Source: Auanema rhodensis
Lineage: Eukaryota > Animalia > Nematoda
Length of the DNA: 64,000 nt
NCBI GenBank assembly: GCA_964057225.1
Contig: OZ059900.1
Location: forward strand, 5,208,001-5,272,000
Direction: 5' to 3'
The notes below the pieces were generated by a model. The model saw only the letters and a list, made by a program, of their open reading frames with translations, searched no databases and had not been told where the DNA came from. This document shows, one piece after another, positions 24,825 through 39,800 of this stretch. The translations under genes and the position numbers were made by a program. Within the stretch, counting starts at the first letter, position 1, and every line of letters starts with the position of its first letter.

Positions 24825-27800
24825 ATGCATGGTAGCCAGGACTTCCAATTTTATGTGAACAGTTAACTATACCACCTAAGTATCCGAAGAAAGTGATCTT
24901 GATTTGTAACTCGGTGCCCGGTAAAGATAGAAGAATACTGTACATTTTGATGAACTCTCCATGGCCATATTAGACTAAAAACACTATCTTATTGTGTTTG
25001 ATGCATGGTAGCCAGGACTTCCAATTTTATGTGAAGAGTTAACTATACCACCTAAGTATCCGAAGAAAGTGATCTTGATTTGTAACTTGGTGCCCGTTAA
25101 AGATAGAAGAATACTGTACATTTTAATAAATTCTCCATGGTCATATTAGTCTAAAAACACTATCTTATTGTGTTTGATGCATGGTAGCCAGGACTTCCAA
25201 TTTTATGTGAAGAGTTAACTATACCACCTAAGTATCCGAAGAAAGTGATCTTGATTTGTAACTTGGTGCCCGGTAAAGATAGAAAAATACTGTACATTTT
25301 AATGAATTCTCCATAGTCATATTAGTCTAAAAACACTATCTTATTGTGTTTGATGCATGGTAACCAAGACTTCCAATTTTATGTGAACAGTTAACTATAC
25401 CACCTAAGTATCCGAAGAAAGTGATCTTGATTTGTAACTCGGTGCCCGGTAAAGATAGAAGAATACTGTACATTTTGATGAACTCTCCATGGCCATATTA
25501 GACTAAAAACACTATCTTATTGTGTTTGATGCATGGTAGCCAGGACTTCCAATTTTATGTGAAGAGTTAACTATACCACCTAAGTATCCGAAGAAAGTGA
25601 TCTTGATTTGTAACTTGGTGCCCGTTAAAGATAGAAGAATACTGTACATTTTAATAAATTCTCCATGGTCATATTAGTCTAAAAACACTATCTTATTGTG
25701 TTTGATGCATGGTAGCCAGGACTTCCAATTTTATGTGAAGAGTTAACTATACCACCTAAGTATCCGAAGAAAGTGATCTTGATTTGTAACTTGGTGCCCG
25801 GTAAAGATAGAAAAATACTGTACATTTTAATGAATTCTCCAGGGTCATATTAGTCTAAAAACACTATCTTATTGTGTTTGATGCATGGTAACCAAGACTT
25901 CCAATTTTATGTGAACAGTTAACTATACCACCTAAGTATCCGAAGAAAGTGATCTTGATTTGTAACTCGGTGCCCGTTAAAGATAGAAGAATACTGTACA
26001 TTTTAATGAATTCTCCATGGCCATATTAGTCTAAAAACACTATCTTATTGTGTTTGATGCATGGTAGCCAGGACTTCCAATTTTATGTGACGAGTTAACT
26101 ATACCACCTAAGTATCCGAAGAAAGTGATCTTGATTTGTAACTTGGTGCCCGGTAAAGATAGAAAAATACTGTACATTTTAATGAATTCTCCATAGTCAT
26201 ATTAGTCTAAAAACACTATCTTATTGTGTTTGATGCATGGTAACCAAGACTTCCAATTTTATGTGAACAGTTAACTATACCACCTAAGTATCCGAAGAAA
26301 GTGATCTTGATTTGTAACTCGGTGCCCGTTAAAGATAGAAGAATACTGTACATTTTAATGAATTCTCCATGGTCATATTAGTCTAAAAACACTATCTTAT
26401 TGTGTTTGATGCATGGTAGCCAGGACTTCCAATTTTATGTGAACAGTTAACTATACCACCTAAGTATCCGAAGAAAGTGATCTTGATTTGTAACTCGGTG
26501 CCCGGTAAAGATAGAAGAATACTGTACATTTTAATGAATTCTCCATGGTCATATTAGTCTAAAAACACTATCTTATTGTGTTTGATGCATGGTAGCCAGG
26601 ACTTCCAATTTTATGTGAACAGTTAACTATACCACCTAAGTATCCGAAGAAAGTGATCTTGATTTGTAACTCGGTGCCCGTTAAAGATAGAAGAATACTG
26701 TACATTTTAATGAATTCTCCATGGTCATATTAGTCTAAAAACACTATCTTATTGTGTTTGATGCATGGTAGCCAGGACTTCCAATTTTATGTGAACAGTT
26801 AACTATACCACCTAAGTATCCGAAGAAAGTGATCTTGATTTGTAACTCGGTGCCCGGTAAAGATAGAAGAATACTGTACATTTTAATGAATTCTCCATGG
26901 CCATATTAGACTAAAAACACTATCTTATTGTGTTTGATGCATGGTAGCCAGGACTTCCAATTTTATGTGAACAGTTAACTATACCACCTAAGTATCCGAA
27001 GAAAGTGATCTTGATTTGTAACTCGGTGCCCGGTAAAGATAGAAGAATACTGTACATTTTAATGAATTCTCCATGGTCATATTAGTCTAAAAACACTATC
27101 TTATTGTGTTTGATGCATGGTAGCCAGGACTTCCAATTTTATGTGAACAGTTAACTATACCACCTAAGTATCCGAAGAAAGTGATCTTGATTTGTAACTC
27201 GGTGCCCGGTAAAGATAGAAGAATACTGTACATTTTGATGAACTCTCCATGGCCATATTAGACTAAAAACACTATCTTATTGTGTTTGATGCATGGTAGC
27301 CAGGACTTCCAATTTTATGTGAAGAGTTAACTATACCACCTAAGTATCCGAAGAAAGTGATCTTGATTTGTAACTTGGTGCCCGTTAAAGATAGAAGAAT
27401 ACTGTACATTTTAATAAATTCTCCATGGTCATATTAGTCTAAAAACACTATCTTATTGTGTTTGATGCATGGTAGCCAGGACTTCCAATTTTATGTGAAG
27501 AGTTAACTATACCACCTAAGTATCCGAAGAAAGTGATCTTGATTTGTAACTTGGTGCCCGGTAAAGATAGAAAAATACTGTACATTTTAATGAATTCTCC
27601 AGGGTCATATTAGTCTAAAAACACTACCTTATTGTGTTTGATGCATGGTAACCAAGACTTCCAATTTTATGTGAACAGTTAACTATACCACCTAAGTATC
27701 CGAAGAAAGTGATCTTGATTTGTAACTCGGTGCCCGTTAAAGATAGAAGAATACTGTACATTTTAATGAATTCTCCATGGCCATATTAGTCTAAAAACAC

Positions 27801-30800
27801 TATCTTATTGTGTTTGATGCATGGTAGCCAGGACTTCCAATTTTATGTGACGAGTTAACTATACCACCTAAGTATCCGAAGAAAGTGATCTTGATTTGTA
27901 ACTTGGTGCCCGGTAAAGATAGAAAAATACTGTACATTTTAATGAATTCTCCATAGTCATATTAGTCTAAAAACACTATCTTATTGTGTTTGATGCATGG
28001 TAACCAAGACTTCCAATTTTATGTGAACAGTTAACTATACCACCTAAGTATCCGAAGAAAGTGATCTTGATTTGTAACTCGGTGCCCGTTAAAGATAGAA
28101 GAATACTGTACATTTTAATGAATTCTCCATGGTCATATTAGTCTAAAAACACTATCTTATTGTGTTTGATGCATGGTAGCCAGGACTTCCAATTTTATGT
28201 GAACAGTTAACTATACCACCTAAGTATCCGAAGAAAGTGATCTTGATTTGTAACTCGGTGCCCGGTAAAGATAGAAGAATACTGTACATTTTAATGAATT
28301 CTCCATGGTCATATTAGTCTAAAAACACTATCTTATTGTGTTTGATGCATGGTAGCCAGGACTTCCAATTTTATGTGAACAGTTAACTATACCACCTAAG
28401 TATCCGAAGAAAGTGATCTTGATTTGTAACTCGGTGCCCGTTAAAGATAGAAGAATACTGTACATTTTAATGAATTCTCCATGGTCATATTAGTCTAAAA
28501 ACACTATCTTATTGTGTTTGATGCATGGTAGCCAGGACTTCCAATTTTATGTGAACAGTTAACTATACCACCTAAGTATCCGAAGAAAGTGATCTTGATT
28601 TGTAACTTGGTGCCCGTTAAAGATAGAAGAATACTGTACATTTTAATAAATTCTCCATGGTCATATTAGTCTAAAAACACTATCTTATTGTGTTTGATGC
28701 ATGGTAGCCAGGACTTCCAATTTTATGTGAAGAGTTAACTATACCACCTAAGTATCCGAAGAAAGTGATCTTGATTTGTAACTTGGTGCCCGGTAAAGAT
28801 AGAAAAATACTGTACATTTTAATGAATTCTCCAGGGTCATATTAGTCTAAAAACACTATCTTATTGTGTTTGATGCATGGTAACCAAGACTTCCAATTTT
28901 ATGTGAACAGTTAACTATACCACCTAAGTATCCGAAGAAAGTGATCTTGATTTGTAACTCGGTGCCCGTTAAAGATAGAAGAATACTGTACATTTTAATG
29001 AATTCTCCATGGCCATATTAGTCTAAAAACACTATCTTATTGTGTTTGATGCATGGTAGCCAGGACTTCCAATTTTATGTGACGAGTTAACTATACCACC
29101 TAAGTATCCGAAGAAAGTGATCTTGATTTGTAACTTGGTGCCCGGTAAAGATAGAAAAATACTGTACATTTTAATGAATTCTCCATAGTCATATTAGTCT
29201 AAAAACACTATCTTATTGTGTTTGATGCATGGTAACCAAGACTTCCAATTTTATGTGAACAGTTAACTATACCACCTAAGTATCCGAAGAAAGTGATCTT
29301 GATTTGTAACTCGGTGCCCGTTAAAGATAGAAGAATACTGTACATTTTAATGAATTCTCCATGGTCATATTAGTCTAAAAACACTATCTTATTGTGTTTG
29401 ATGCATGGTAGCCAGGACTTCCAATTTTATGTGAACAGTTAACTATACCACCTAAGTATCCGAAGAAAGTGATCTTGATTTGTAACTCGGTGCCCGGTAA
29501 AGATAGAAGAATACTGTACATTTTAATGAATTCTCCATGGTCATATTAGTCTAAAAACACTATCTTATTGTGTTTGATGCATGGTAGCCAGGACTTCCAA
29601 TTTTATGTGAACAGTTAACTATACCACCTAAGTATCCGAAGAAAGTGATCTTGATTTGTAACTCGGTGCCCGTTAAAGATAGAAGAATACTGTACATTTT
29701 AATGAATTCTCCATGGTCATATTAGTCTAAAAACACTATCTTATTGTGTTTGATGCATGGTAGCCAGGACTTCCAATTTTATGTGAACAGTTAACTATAC
29801 CACCTAAGTATCCGAAGAAAGTGATCTTGATTTGTAACTCGGTGCCCGGTAAAGATAGAAGAATACTGTACATTTTAATGAATTCTCCATGGTCATATTA
29901 GTCTAAAAACACTATCTTATTGTGTTTGATGCATGGTAGCCAGGACTTCCAATTTTATGTGAACAGTTAACTATACCACCTAAGTATCCGAAGAAAGTGA
30001 TCTTGATTTGTAACTCGGTGCCCGTTAAAGATAGAAGAATACTGTACATTTTAATGAATTCTCCATGGTCATATTAGTCTAAAAACACTATCTTATTGTG
30101 TTTGATGCATGGTAGCCAGGACTTCCAATTTTATGTGAACAGTTAACTATACCACCTAAGTATCCGAAGAAAGTGATCTTGATTTGTAACTCGGTGCCCG
30201 TTAAAGATAGAAGAATACTGTACATTTTAATGAATTCTCCATGGTCATATTAGTCTAAAAACACTATCTTATTGTGTTTGATGCATGGTAGCCAGGACTT
30301 CCAATTTTATGTGAACAGTTAACTATACCACCTAAGTATCCGAAGAAAGTGATCTTGATTTGTAACTCGGTGCCCGGTAAAGATAGAAGAATACTGTACA
30401 TTTTAATGAATTCTCCATGGCCATATTAGACTAAAAACACTATCTTATTGTGTTTGATGCATGGTAGCCAGGACTTCCAATTTTATGTGAACAGTTAACT
30501 ATACCACCTAAGTATCCGAAGAAAGTGATCTTGATTTGTAACTCGGTGCCCGGTAAAGATAGAAGAATACTGTACATTTTAATGAATTCTCCATGGTCAT
30601 ATTAGTCTAAAAACACTATCTTATTGTGTTTGATGCATGGTAGCCAGGACTTCCAATTTTATGTGAACAGTTAACTATACCACCTAAGTATCCGAAGAAA
30701 GTGATCTTGATTTGTAACTCGGTGCCCGGTAAAGATAGAAGAATACTGTACATTTTAATGAATTCTCCATGGTCATATTAGTCTAAAAACACTATCTTAT

Positions 30801-33800
30801 TGTGTTTGATGCATGGTAGCCAGGACTTCCAATTTTATGTGAACAGTTAACTATACCACCTAAGTATCCGAAGAAAGTGATCTTGATTTGTAACTCGGTG
30901 CCCGTTAAAGATAGAAGAATACTGTACATTTTAATGAATTCTCCATGGTCATATTAGTCTAAAAACACTATCTTATTGTGTTTGATGCATGGTAGCCAGG
31001 ACTTCCAATTTTATGTGAACAGTTAACTATACCACCTAAGTATCCGAAGAAAGTGATCTTGATTTGTAACTCGGTGCCCGGTAAAGATAGAAGAATACTG
31101 TACATTTTAATGAATTCTCCATGGCCATATTAGACTAAAAACACTATCTTATTGTGTTTGATGCATGGTAGCCAGGACTTCCAATTTTATGTGAACAGTT
31201 AACTATACCACCTAAGTATCCGAAGAAAGTGATCTTGATTTGTAACTCGGTGCCCGGTAAAGATAGAAGAATACTGTACATTTTAATGAATTCTCCATGG
31301 TCATATTAGTCTAAAAACACTATCTTATTGTGTTTGATGCATGGTAGCCAGGACTTCCAATTTTATGTGAACAGTTAACTATACCACCTAAGTATCCGAA
31401 GAAAGTGATCTTGATTTGTAACTCGGTGCCCGTTAAAGATAGAAGAATACTGTACATTTTAATGAATTCTCCATGGTCATATTAGTCTAAAAACACTATC
31501 TTATTGTGTTTGATGCATGGTAGCCAGGACTTCCAATTTTATGTGAACAGTTAACTATACCACCTAAGTATCCGAAGAAAGTGATCTTGATTTGTAACTC
31601 GGTGCCCGGTAAAGATAGAAGAATACTGTACATTTTAATGAATTCTCCATGGCCATATTAGACTAAAAACACTATCTTATTGTGTTTGATGCATGGTAGC
31701 CAGGACTTCCAATTTTATGTGAACAGTTAACTATACCACCTAAGTATCCGAAGAAAGTGATCTTGATTTGTAACTCGGTGCCCGGTAAAGATAGAAGAAT
31801 ACTGTACATTTTAATGAATTCTCCATGGCCATATTAGACTAAAAACACTATCTTATTGTGTTTGATGCATGGTAGCCAGGACTTCCAATTTTATGTGAAC
31901 AGTTAACTATACCACCTAAGTATCCGAAGAAAGTGATCTTGATTTGTAACTCGGTGCCCGGTAAAGATAGAAGAATACTGTACATTTTAATGAATTCTTC
32001 ATGGCCATATTAGACTAAAAACACTATCTTATTGTGTTTGATGCATGGTAGCCAGGACTTCCAATTTTATGTGAACAGTTAACTATACCACCTAAGTATC
32101 CGAAGAAAGTGATCTTGATTTGTAACTCGGTGCCCGGTAAAGATAGAAGAATACTGTACATTTTAAAGAATTCTCCATGGTCATATTAGACTAAAAACAC
32201 TATCTTATTGTGTTTGATGCATGGTAGCCAGGACTTCCAATTTTATGTGAACAGTTAACTATACCACCTAAGTATCCGAAGAAAGTGATCTTGATTTGTA
32301 ACTCGGTGCCCGGTAAAGATAGAAGAATACTGTACATTTTAATGAATTCTCCATGGCCATATTAGACTAAAAACACTATCTTATTGTGTTTGATGCATGG
32401 TAGCCAGGACTTCCAATTTTATGTGAACAGTTAACTATACCACCTAAGTATCCGAAGAAAGTGATCTTGATTTGTAACTCGGTGCCCGTTAAAGATAGAA
32501 GAATACTGTACATTTTAATGAATTCTCCATGGTCATATTAGTCTAAAAACACTATCTTATTGTGTTTGATGCATGGTAGCCAGGACTTCCAATTTTATGT
32601 GAACAGTTAACTATACCACCTAAGTATCCGAAGAAAGTGATCTTGATTTGTAACTCGGTGCCCGGTAAAGATAGAAGAATACTGTACATTTTGATGAACT
32701 CTCCATGGCCATATTAGACTAAAAACACTATCTTATTGTGTTTGATGCATGGTAGCCAGGACTTCCAATTTTATGTGAAGAGTTAACTATACCACCTAAG
32801 TATCCGAAGAAAGTGATCTTGATTTGTAACTTGGTGCCCGTTAAAGATAGAAGAATACTGTACATTTTAATAAATTCTCCATGGTCATATTAGTCTAAAA
32901 ACACTATCTTATTGTGTTTGATGCATGGTAGCCAGGACTTCCAATTTTATGTGAAGAGTTAACTATACCACCTAAGTATCCGAAGAAAGTGATCTTGATT
33001 TGTAACTTGGTGCCCGGTAAAGATAGAAAAATACTGTACATTTTAATGAATTCTCCAGGGTCATATTAGTCTAAAAACACTATCTTATTGTGTTTGATGC
33101 ATGGTAACCAAGACTTCCAATTTTATGTGAACAGTTAACTATACCACCTAAGTATCCGAAGAAAGTGATCTTGATTTGTAACTCGGTGCCCGTTAAAGAT
33201 AGAAGAATACTGTACATTTTAATGAATTCTCCATGGCCATATTAGTCTAAAAACACTATCTTATTGTGTTTGATGCATGGTAGCCAGGACTTCCAATTTT
33301 ATGTGACGAGTTAACTATACCACCTAAGTATCCGAAGAAAGTGATCTTGATTTGTAACTTGGTGCCCGGTAAAGATAGAAAAATACTGTACATTTTAATG
33401 AATTCTCCATAGTCATATTAGTCTAAAAACACTATCTTATTGTGTTTGATGCATGGTAACCAAGACTTCCAATTTTATGTGAACAGTTAACTATACCACC
33501 TAAGTATCCGAAGAAAGTGATCTTGATTTGTAACTCGGTGCCCGTTAAAGATAGAAGAATACTGTACATTTTAATGAATTCTCCATGGCCATATTAGTCT
33601 AAAAACACTATCTTATTGTGTTTGATGCATGGTAGCCAGGACTTCCAATTTTATGTGAACAGTTAACTATACCACCTAAGTATCCGAAGAAAGTGATCTT
33701 GATTTGTATCTCGGTGCCCGGTAAAGATAGAAGAATACTGTACATTTTGATGAACTCTCCATGGCCATATTAGACTAAAAACACTATCTTATTGTGTTTG

Positions 33801-36800
33801 ATGCATGGTAGCCAGGACTTCCAATTTTATGTGAACAGTTAACTATACCACCTAAGTATCCGAAGAAAGTGATCTTGATTTGTAACTCGGTGCCCGTTAA
33901 AGATGGAAGAATACTGTACATTTTGATGAACTCTCCATGGCCATATTAGACTAAAAACACTATCTTATTGTGTTTGATGCATGGTAGCCAGGACTTCCAA
34001 TTTTATGTGAACAGTTAACTATACCACCTAAGTATCCGAAGAAAGTGATCTTGATTTGTAACTCGGTGCCCGTTAAAGATAGAAGAATACTGTACATTTT
34101 AATGAATTCTCCATGGGCATATTAGTCTAAAAACACTATCTTATTGTGTTTGATGCATGGTAACCAAGACTTCCAATTTTATGTGAACAGTTAACTATAC
34201 CACCTAAGTATCCGAAGAAAGTGATCTTGATTTGTAACTCGGTGCCCGTTAAAGATAGAAGAATACTGTACATTTCAATGAATTCTCCATGGCCATATTA
34301 GTCTAAAAACACTATCTTATTGTGTTTGATGCATGGTAACCAAGACTTCCAATTTTATGTGAAGAGTTAACTATACCACCTAAGTATCCGAAGAAAGTGA
34401 TCTTGATTTGTAACTCGGTGCCCGTTAAAGATAAAAGAATACTGTACATTTTAATGAATTCTCCATGGCCATATTAGACTAAAAACACTATCTTATTGTG
34501 TTTGATGCATGGTAGCCAGGACTTCCAATTTTATGTGAACAGTTAACTATACCACCTAAGTATCCGAAGAAAGTGATCTTGATTTGTAACTCGGTGCCCG
34601 GTAAAGATAGAAGAATACTGTACATTTTGATGAACTTTCCATGGCCATATTAGACTAAAAACACTATCTTATTGTGTTTGATGCATGGTAGCCAGGACTT
34701 CCAATTTTATGTGAACAGTTAACTATACCACCTAAGTATCCGAAGAAAGTGATCTTGATTTGTAACTCGGTGCCCGGTAAAGATAGAAGAATACTGTACA
34801 TTTTGATGAACTCTCCATGGCCATATTAGACTAAAAACACTATCTTATTGTGTTTGATGCATGGTAGCCAGGACTTCCAATTTTATGTGAACAGTTAACT
34901 ATACCACCTAAGTATCCGAAGAAAGTGATCTTGATTTGTAACTCGGTGCCCGGTAAAGATAGAAGAATACTGTACATTTTGATGAACTTTCCATGGCCAT
35001 ATTAGACTAAAAACACTATCTTATTGTGTTTGATGCATGGTAGCCAGGACTTCCAATTTTATGTGAACAGTTAACTATACCACCTAAGTATCCGAAGAAA
35101 GTGATCTTGATTTGTAACTCGGTGCCCGGTAAAGATAGAAGAATACTGTACATTTTGATGAACTTTCCATGGCCATATTAGACTAAAAACACTATCTTAT
35201 TGTGTTTGATGCATGGTAGCCAGGACTTCCAATTTTATGTGAACAGTTAACTATACCACCTAAGTATCCGAAGAAAGTGATCTTGATTTGTAACTCGGTG
35301 CCCGGTAAAGATAGAAGAATACTGTACATTTTGATGAACTCTCCATGGCCATATTAGACTAAAAACACTATCTTATTGTGTTTGATGCATGGTAGCCAGG
35401 ACTTCCAATTTTATGTGAACAGTTAACTATACCACCTAAGTATCCGAAGAAAGTGATCTTGATTTGTAACTCGGTGCCCGGTAAAGATAGAAGAATACTG
35501 TACATTTTGATGAACTTTCCATGGCCATATTAGACTAAAAACACTATCTTATTGTGTTTGATGCATGGTAGCCAGGACTTCCAATTTTATGTGAACAGTT
35601 AACTATACCACCTAAGTATCCGAAGAAAGTGATCTTGATTTGTAACTCGGTGCCCGGTAAAGATAGAAGAATACTGTACATTTTGATGAACTTTCCATGG
35701 CCATATTAGACTAAAAACACTATCTTATTGTGTTTGATGCATGGTAGCCAGGACTTCCAATTTTATGTGAACAGTTAACTATACCACCTAAGTATCCGAA
35801 GAAAGTGATCTTGATTTGTAACTCGGTGCCCGGTAAAGATAGAAGAATACTGTACATTTTGATGAACTCTCCATGGCCATATTAGACTAAAAACACTATC
35901 TTATTGTGTTTGATGCATGGTAGCCAGGACTTCCAATTTTATGCGAACAGTTAACTATACCACCTAAGTATCCGAAGAAAGTGATCTTGATTTGTAACTC
36001 GGTGCCCGTTAAAGATAGAAGAATACTGTACATTTTAATGAATTCTCCATGGCCATATTAGACTAAAAACACTATCTTATTGTGTTTGATGCATGGTAGC
36101 CAGGACTTCCAATTTTATGTGAAGAGTTAACTATACCACCTAAGTATCCGAAGAAAGTGATCTTGATTTGTAACTTGGTGCCCGGTAAAGATAGAAAAAT
36201 ACTGTACATTTTAATGAATTCTCCAGGGTCATATTAGTCTAAAAACACTATCTTATTGTGTTTGATGCATGGTAACCAAGACTTCCAATTTTATGTGAAC
36301 AGTTAACTATACCACCTAAGTATCCGAAGAAAGTGATCTTGATTTGTAACTCGGTGCCCGTTAAAGATAGAAGAATACTGTACATTTTAATGAATTCTCC
36401 ATGGCCATATTAGTCTAAAAACACTATCTTATTGTGTTTGATGCATGGTAGCCAGGACTTCCAATTTTATGTGACGAGTTAACTATACCACCTAAGTATC
36501 CGAAGAAAGTGATCTTGATTTGTAACTTGGTGCCCGGTAAAGATAGAAAAATACTGTACATTTTAATGAATTCTCCATGGTCATATTAGTCTAAAAACAC
36601 TATCTTATTGTGTTTGATGCATGGTAACCAAGACTTCCAATTTTATGTGAACAGTTAACTATACCACCTAAGTATCCGAAGAAAGTGATCTTGATTTGTA
36701 ACTCGGTGCCCGTTAAAGATAGAAGAATACTGTACATTTTAATGAATTCTCCATGGCCATATTAGTCTAAAAACACTATCTTATTGTGTTTGATGCATGG

Positions 36801-39800
36801 TAGCCAGGACTTCCAATTTTATGTGAACAGTTAACTATACCACCTAAGTATCCGAAGAAAGTGATCTTGATTTGTATCTCGGTGCCCGGTAAAGATAGAA
36901 GAATACTGTACATTTTGATGAACTCTCCATGGCCATATTAGACTAAAAACACTATCTTATTGTGTTTGATGCATGGTAACCAAGACTTCCAATTTTATGT
37001 GAACAGTTAACTATACCACCTAAGTATCCGAAGAAAGTGATCTTGATTTGTAACTCGGTGCCCGTTAAAGATAGAAGAATACTGTACATTTTGATAAACT
37101 CTCCATGGCCATATTAGACTAAAAACACTATCTTATTGTGTTTGATGCATGGTAGCCAGGACTTCCAATTTTATGTGAACAGTTAACTATACCACCTAAG
37201 TATCCGAAGAAAGTGATCTTGATTTGTAACTCGGTGCCCGGTAAAGATAGAAGAATACTGTACATTTTGATGAACTCTCCATGGCCATATTAGACTAAAA
37301 ACACTATCTTATTGTGTTTGATGCATGGTAGCCAGGACTTCCAATTTTATGTGAACAGTTAACTATACCACCTAAGTATCCGAAGAAAGTGATCTTGATT
37401 TGTAACTCGGTGCCCGGTAAAGATAGAAGAATACTGTACATTTTAATGAATTCTCCATGGTCATATTAGTCTAAAAACACTATCTTATTGTGTTTGATGC
37501 ATGGTAACCAAGACTTCCAATTTTATGTGAACAGTTAACTATACCACCTAAGTATCCGAAGAAAGTGATCTTGATTTGTAACTCGGTGCCCGGTAAAGAT
37601 AGAAGAATACTGTACATTTTGATGAACTCTCCATGGCCATATTAGACTAAAAACACTATCTTATTGTGTTTGATGCATGGTAGCCAGGACTTCCAATTTT
37701 ATGTGAACAGTTAACTATACCACCTAAGTATCCGAAGAAAGTGATCTTGATTTGTAACTCGGTGCCCGGTAAAGATAGAAGAATACTGTACATTTTGATG
37801 AACTCTCCATGGCCATATTAGACTAAAAACACTATCTTATTGTGTTTGATGCATGGTAGCCAGGACTTCCAATTTTATGTGAACAGTTAACTATACCACC
37901 TAAGTATCCGAAGAAAGTGATCTTGATTTGTAACTCGGTGCCCGTTAAAGATAGAAGAATACTGTACATTTTGATGAACTCTCCATGGCCATATTAGTCT
38001 AAAAACACTATCTTATTGTGTTTGATGCATGGTAGCCAGGACTTCCAATTTTATGTGAAGAGTTAACTATACCACCTAAGTATCCGAAGAAAGTGATCTT
38101 GATTTGTAACTCGGTGCCCGGTAAAGATAAAAGAATACTGTACATTTTGATGAACTCTCCATGGCCATATTAGACTAAAAACACTATCTTATTGTGTTTG
38201 ATGCATGGTAGCCAGGACTTCCAATATTATGTGAACAGTTAACTATACCACCTAAGTATCCGAAGAAAGTGATCTTGATTTGTAACTCGGTGCCCGTTAA
38301 AGATAGAAGAATACTGTACATTTTGATAAACTCTCCATGGCCATATTAGACTAAAAACACTATCTTATTGTGTTTGATGCATGGTAGCCAGGACTTCCAA
38401 TTTTATGTGAACAGTTAACTATACCACCTAAGTATCCGAAGAAAGTGATCTTGATTTGTAACTCGGTGCCCGGTAAAGATAGAAGAATACTGTACATTTT
38501 GATGAACTTTCCATGGCCATATTAGACTAAAAACACTATCTTATTGTGTTTGATGCATGGTAGCCAGGACTTCCAATTTTATGTGAACAGTTAACTATAC
38601 CACCTAAGTATCCGAAGAAAGTGATCTTGATTTGTAACTCGGTGCCCGGTAAAGATAGAAGAATACTGTACATTTTGATGAACTCTCCATGGCCATATTA
38701 GACTAAAAACACTATCTTATTGTGTTTGATGCATGGTAGCCAGGACTTCCAATTTTATGTGAACAGTTAACTATACCACCTAAGTATCCGAAGAAAGTGA
38801 TCTTGATTTGTAACTCGGTGCCCGGTAAAGATAGAAGAATACTGTACATTTTGATGAACTCTCCATGGCCATATTAGACTAAAAACACTATCTTATTGTG
38901 TTTGATGCATGGTAGCCAGGACTTCCAATTTTATGTGAACAGTTAACTATACCACCTAAGTATCCGAAGAAAGTGATCTTGATTTGTAACTCGGTGCCCG
39001 TTAAAGATAGAAGAATACTGTACATTTTAATGAATTCTCCATGGCCATATTAGACTAAAAACACTATCTTATTGTGTTTGATGCATGGTAGCCAGGACTT
39101 CCAATTTTATGTGAACAGTTAACTATACCACCTAAGTATCCGAAGAAAGTGATCTTGATTTGTAACTCGGTGCCCGGTAAAGATAGAAGAATACTGTACA
39201 TTTTGATGAACTCTCCATGGCCATATTAAACTAAAAACACTATCTTATTGTGTTTGATGCATGGTAGCCAGGACTTCCAATTTTATGTGAAGAGTTAACT
39301 ATACCACCTAAGTATCCGAATAAAGTGATCTTGATTTGTAACTTGGTGCCCGTTAAAGATAGAAGAATACTGTACATTTTAATAAATTCTCCATGGTCAT
39401 ATTAGTCTAAAAACACTATCTTATTGTGTTTGATGCATGGTAGCCAGGACTTCCAATTTTATGTGAAGAGTTAACTATACCCCCTAAGTATCCGAAGAAA
39501 GTGATCTTGATTTGTAACTTGGTGCCCGGTAAAGATAGAAAAATACTGTACATTTTAATGAATTCTCCAGGGTCATATTAGTCTAAAAACACTATCTTAT
39601 TGTGTTTGATGCATGGTAACCAAGACTTCCAATTTTATGTGAACAGTTAACTATACCACCTAAGTATCCGAAGAAAGTGATCTTGATTTGTAACTCGGTG
39701 CCCGTTAAAGATAGAAGAATACTGTACATTTTAATGAATTCTCCATGGCCATATTAGTCTAAAAACACTATCTTATTGTGTTTGATGCATGGTAGCCAGG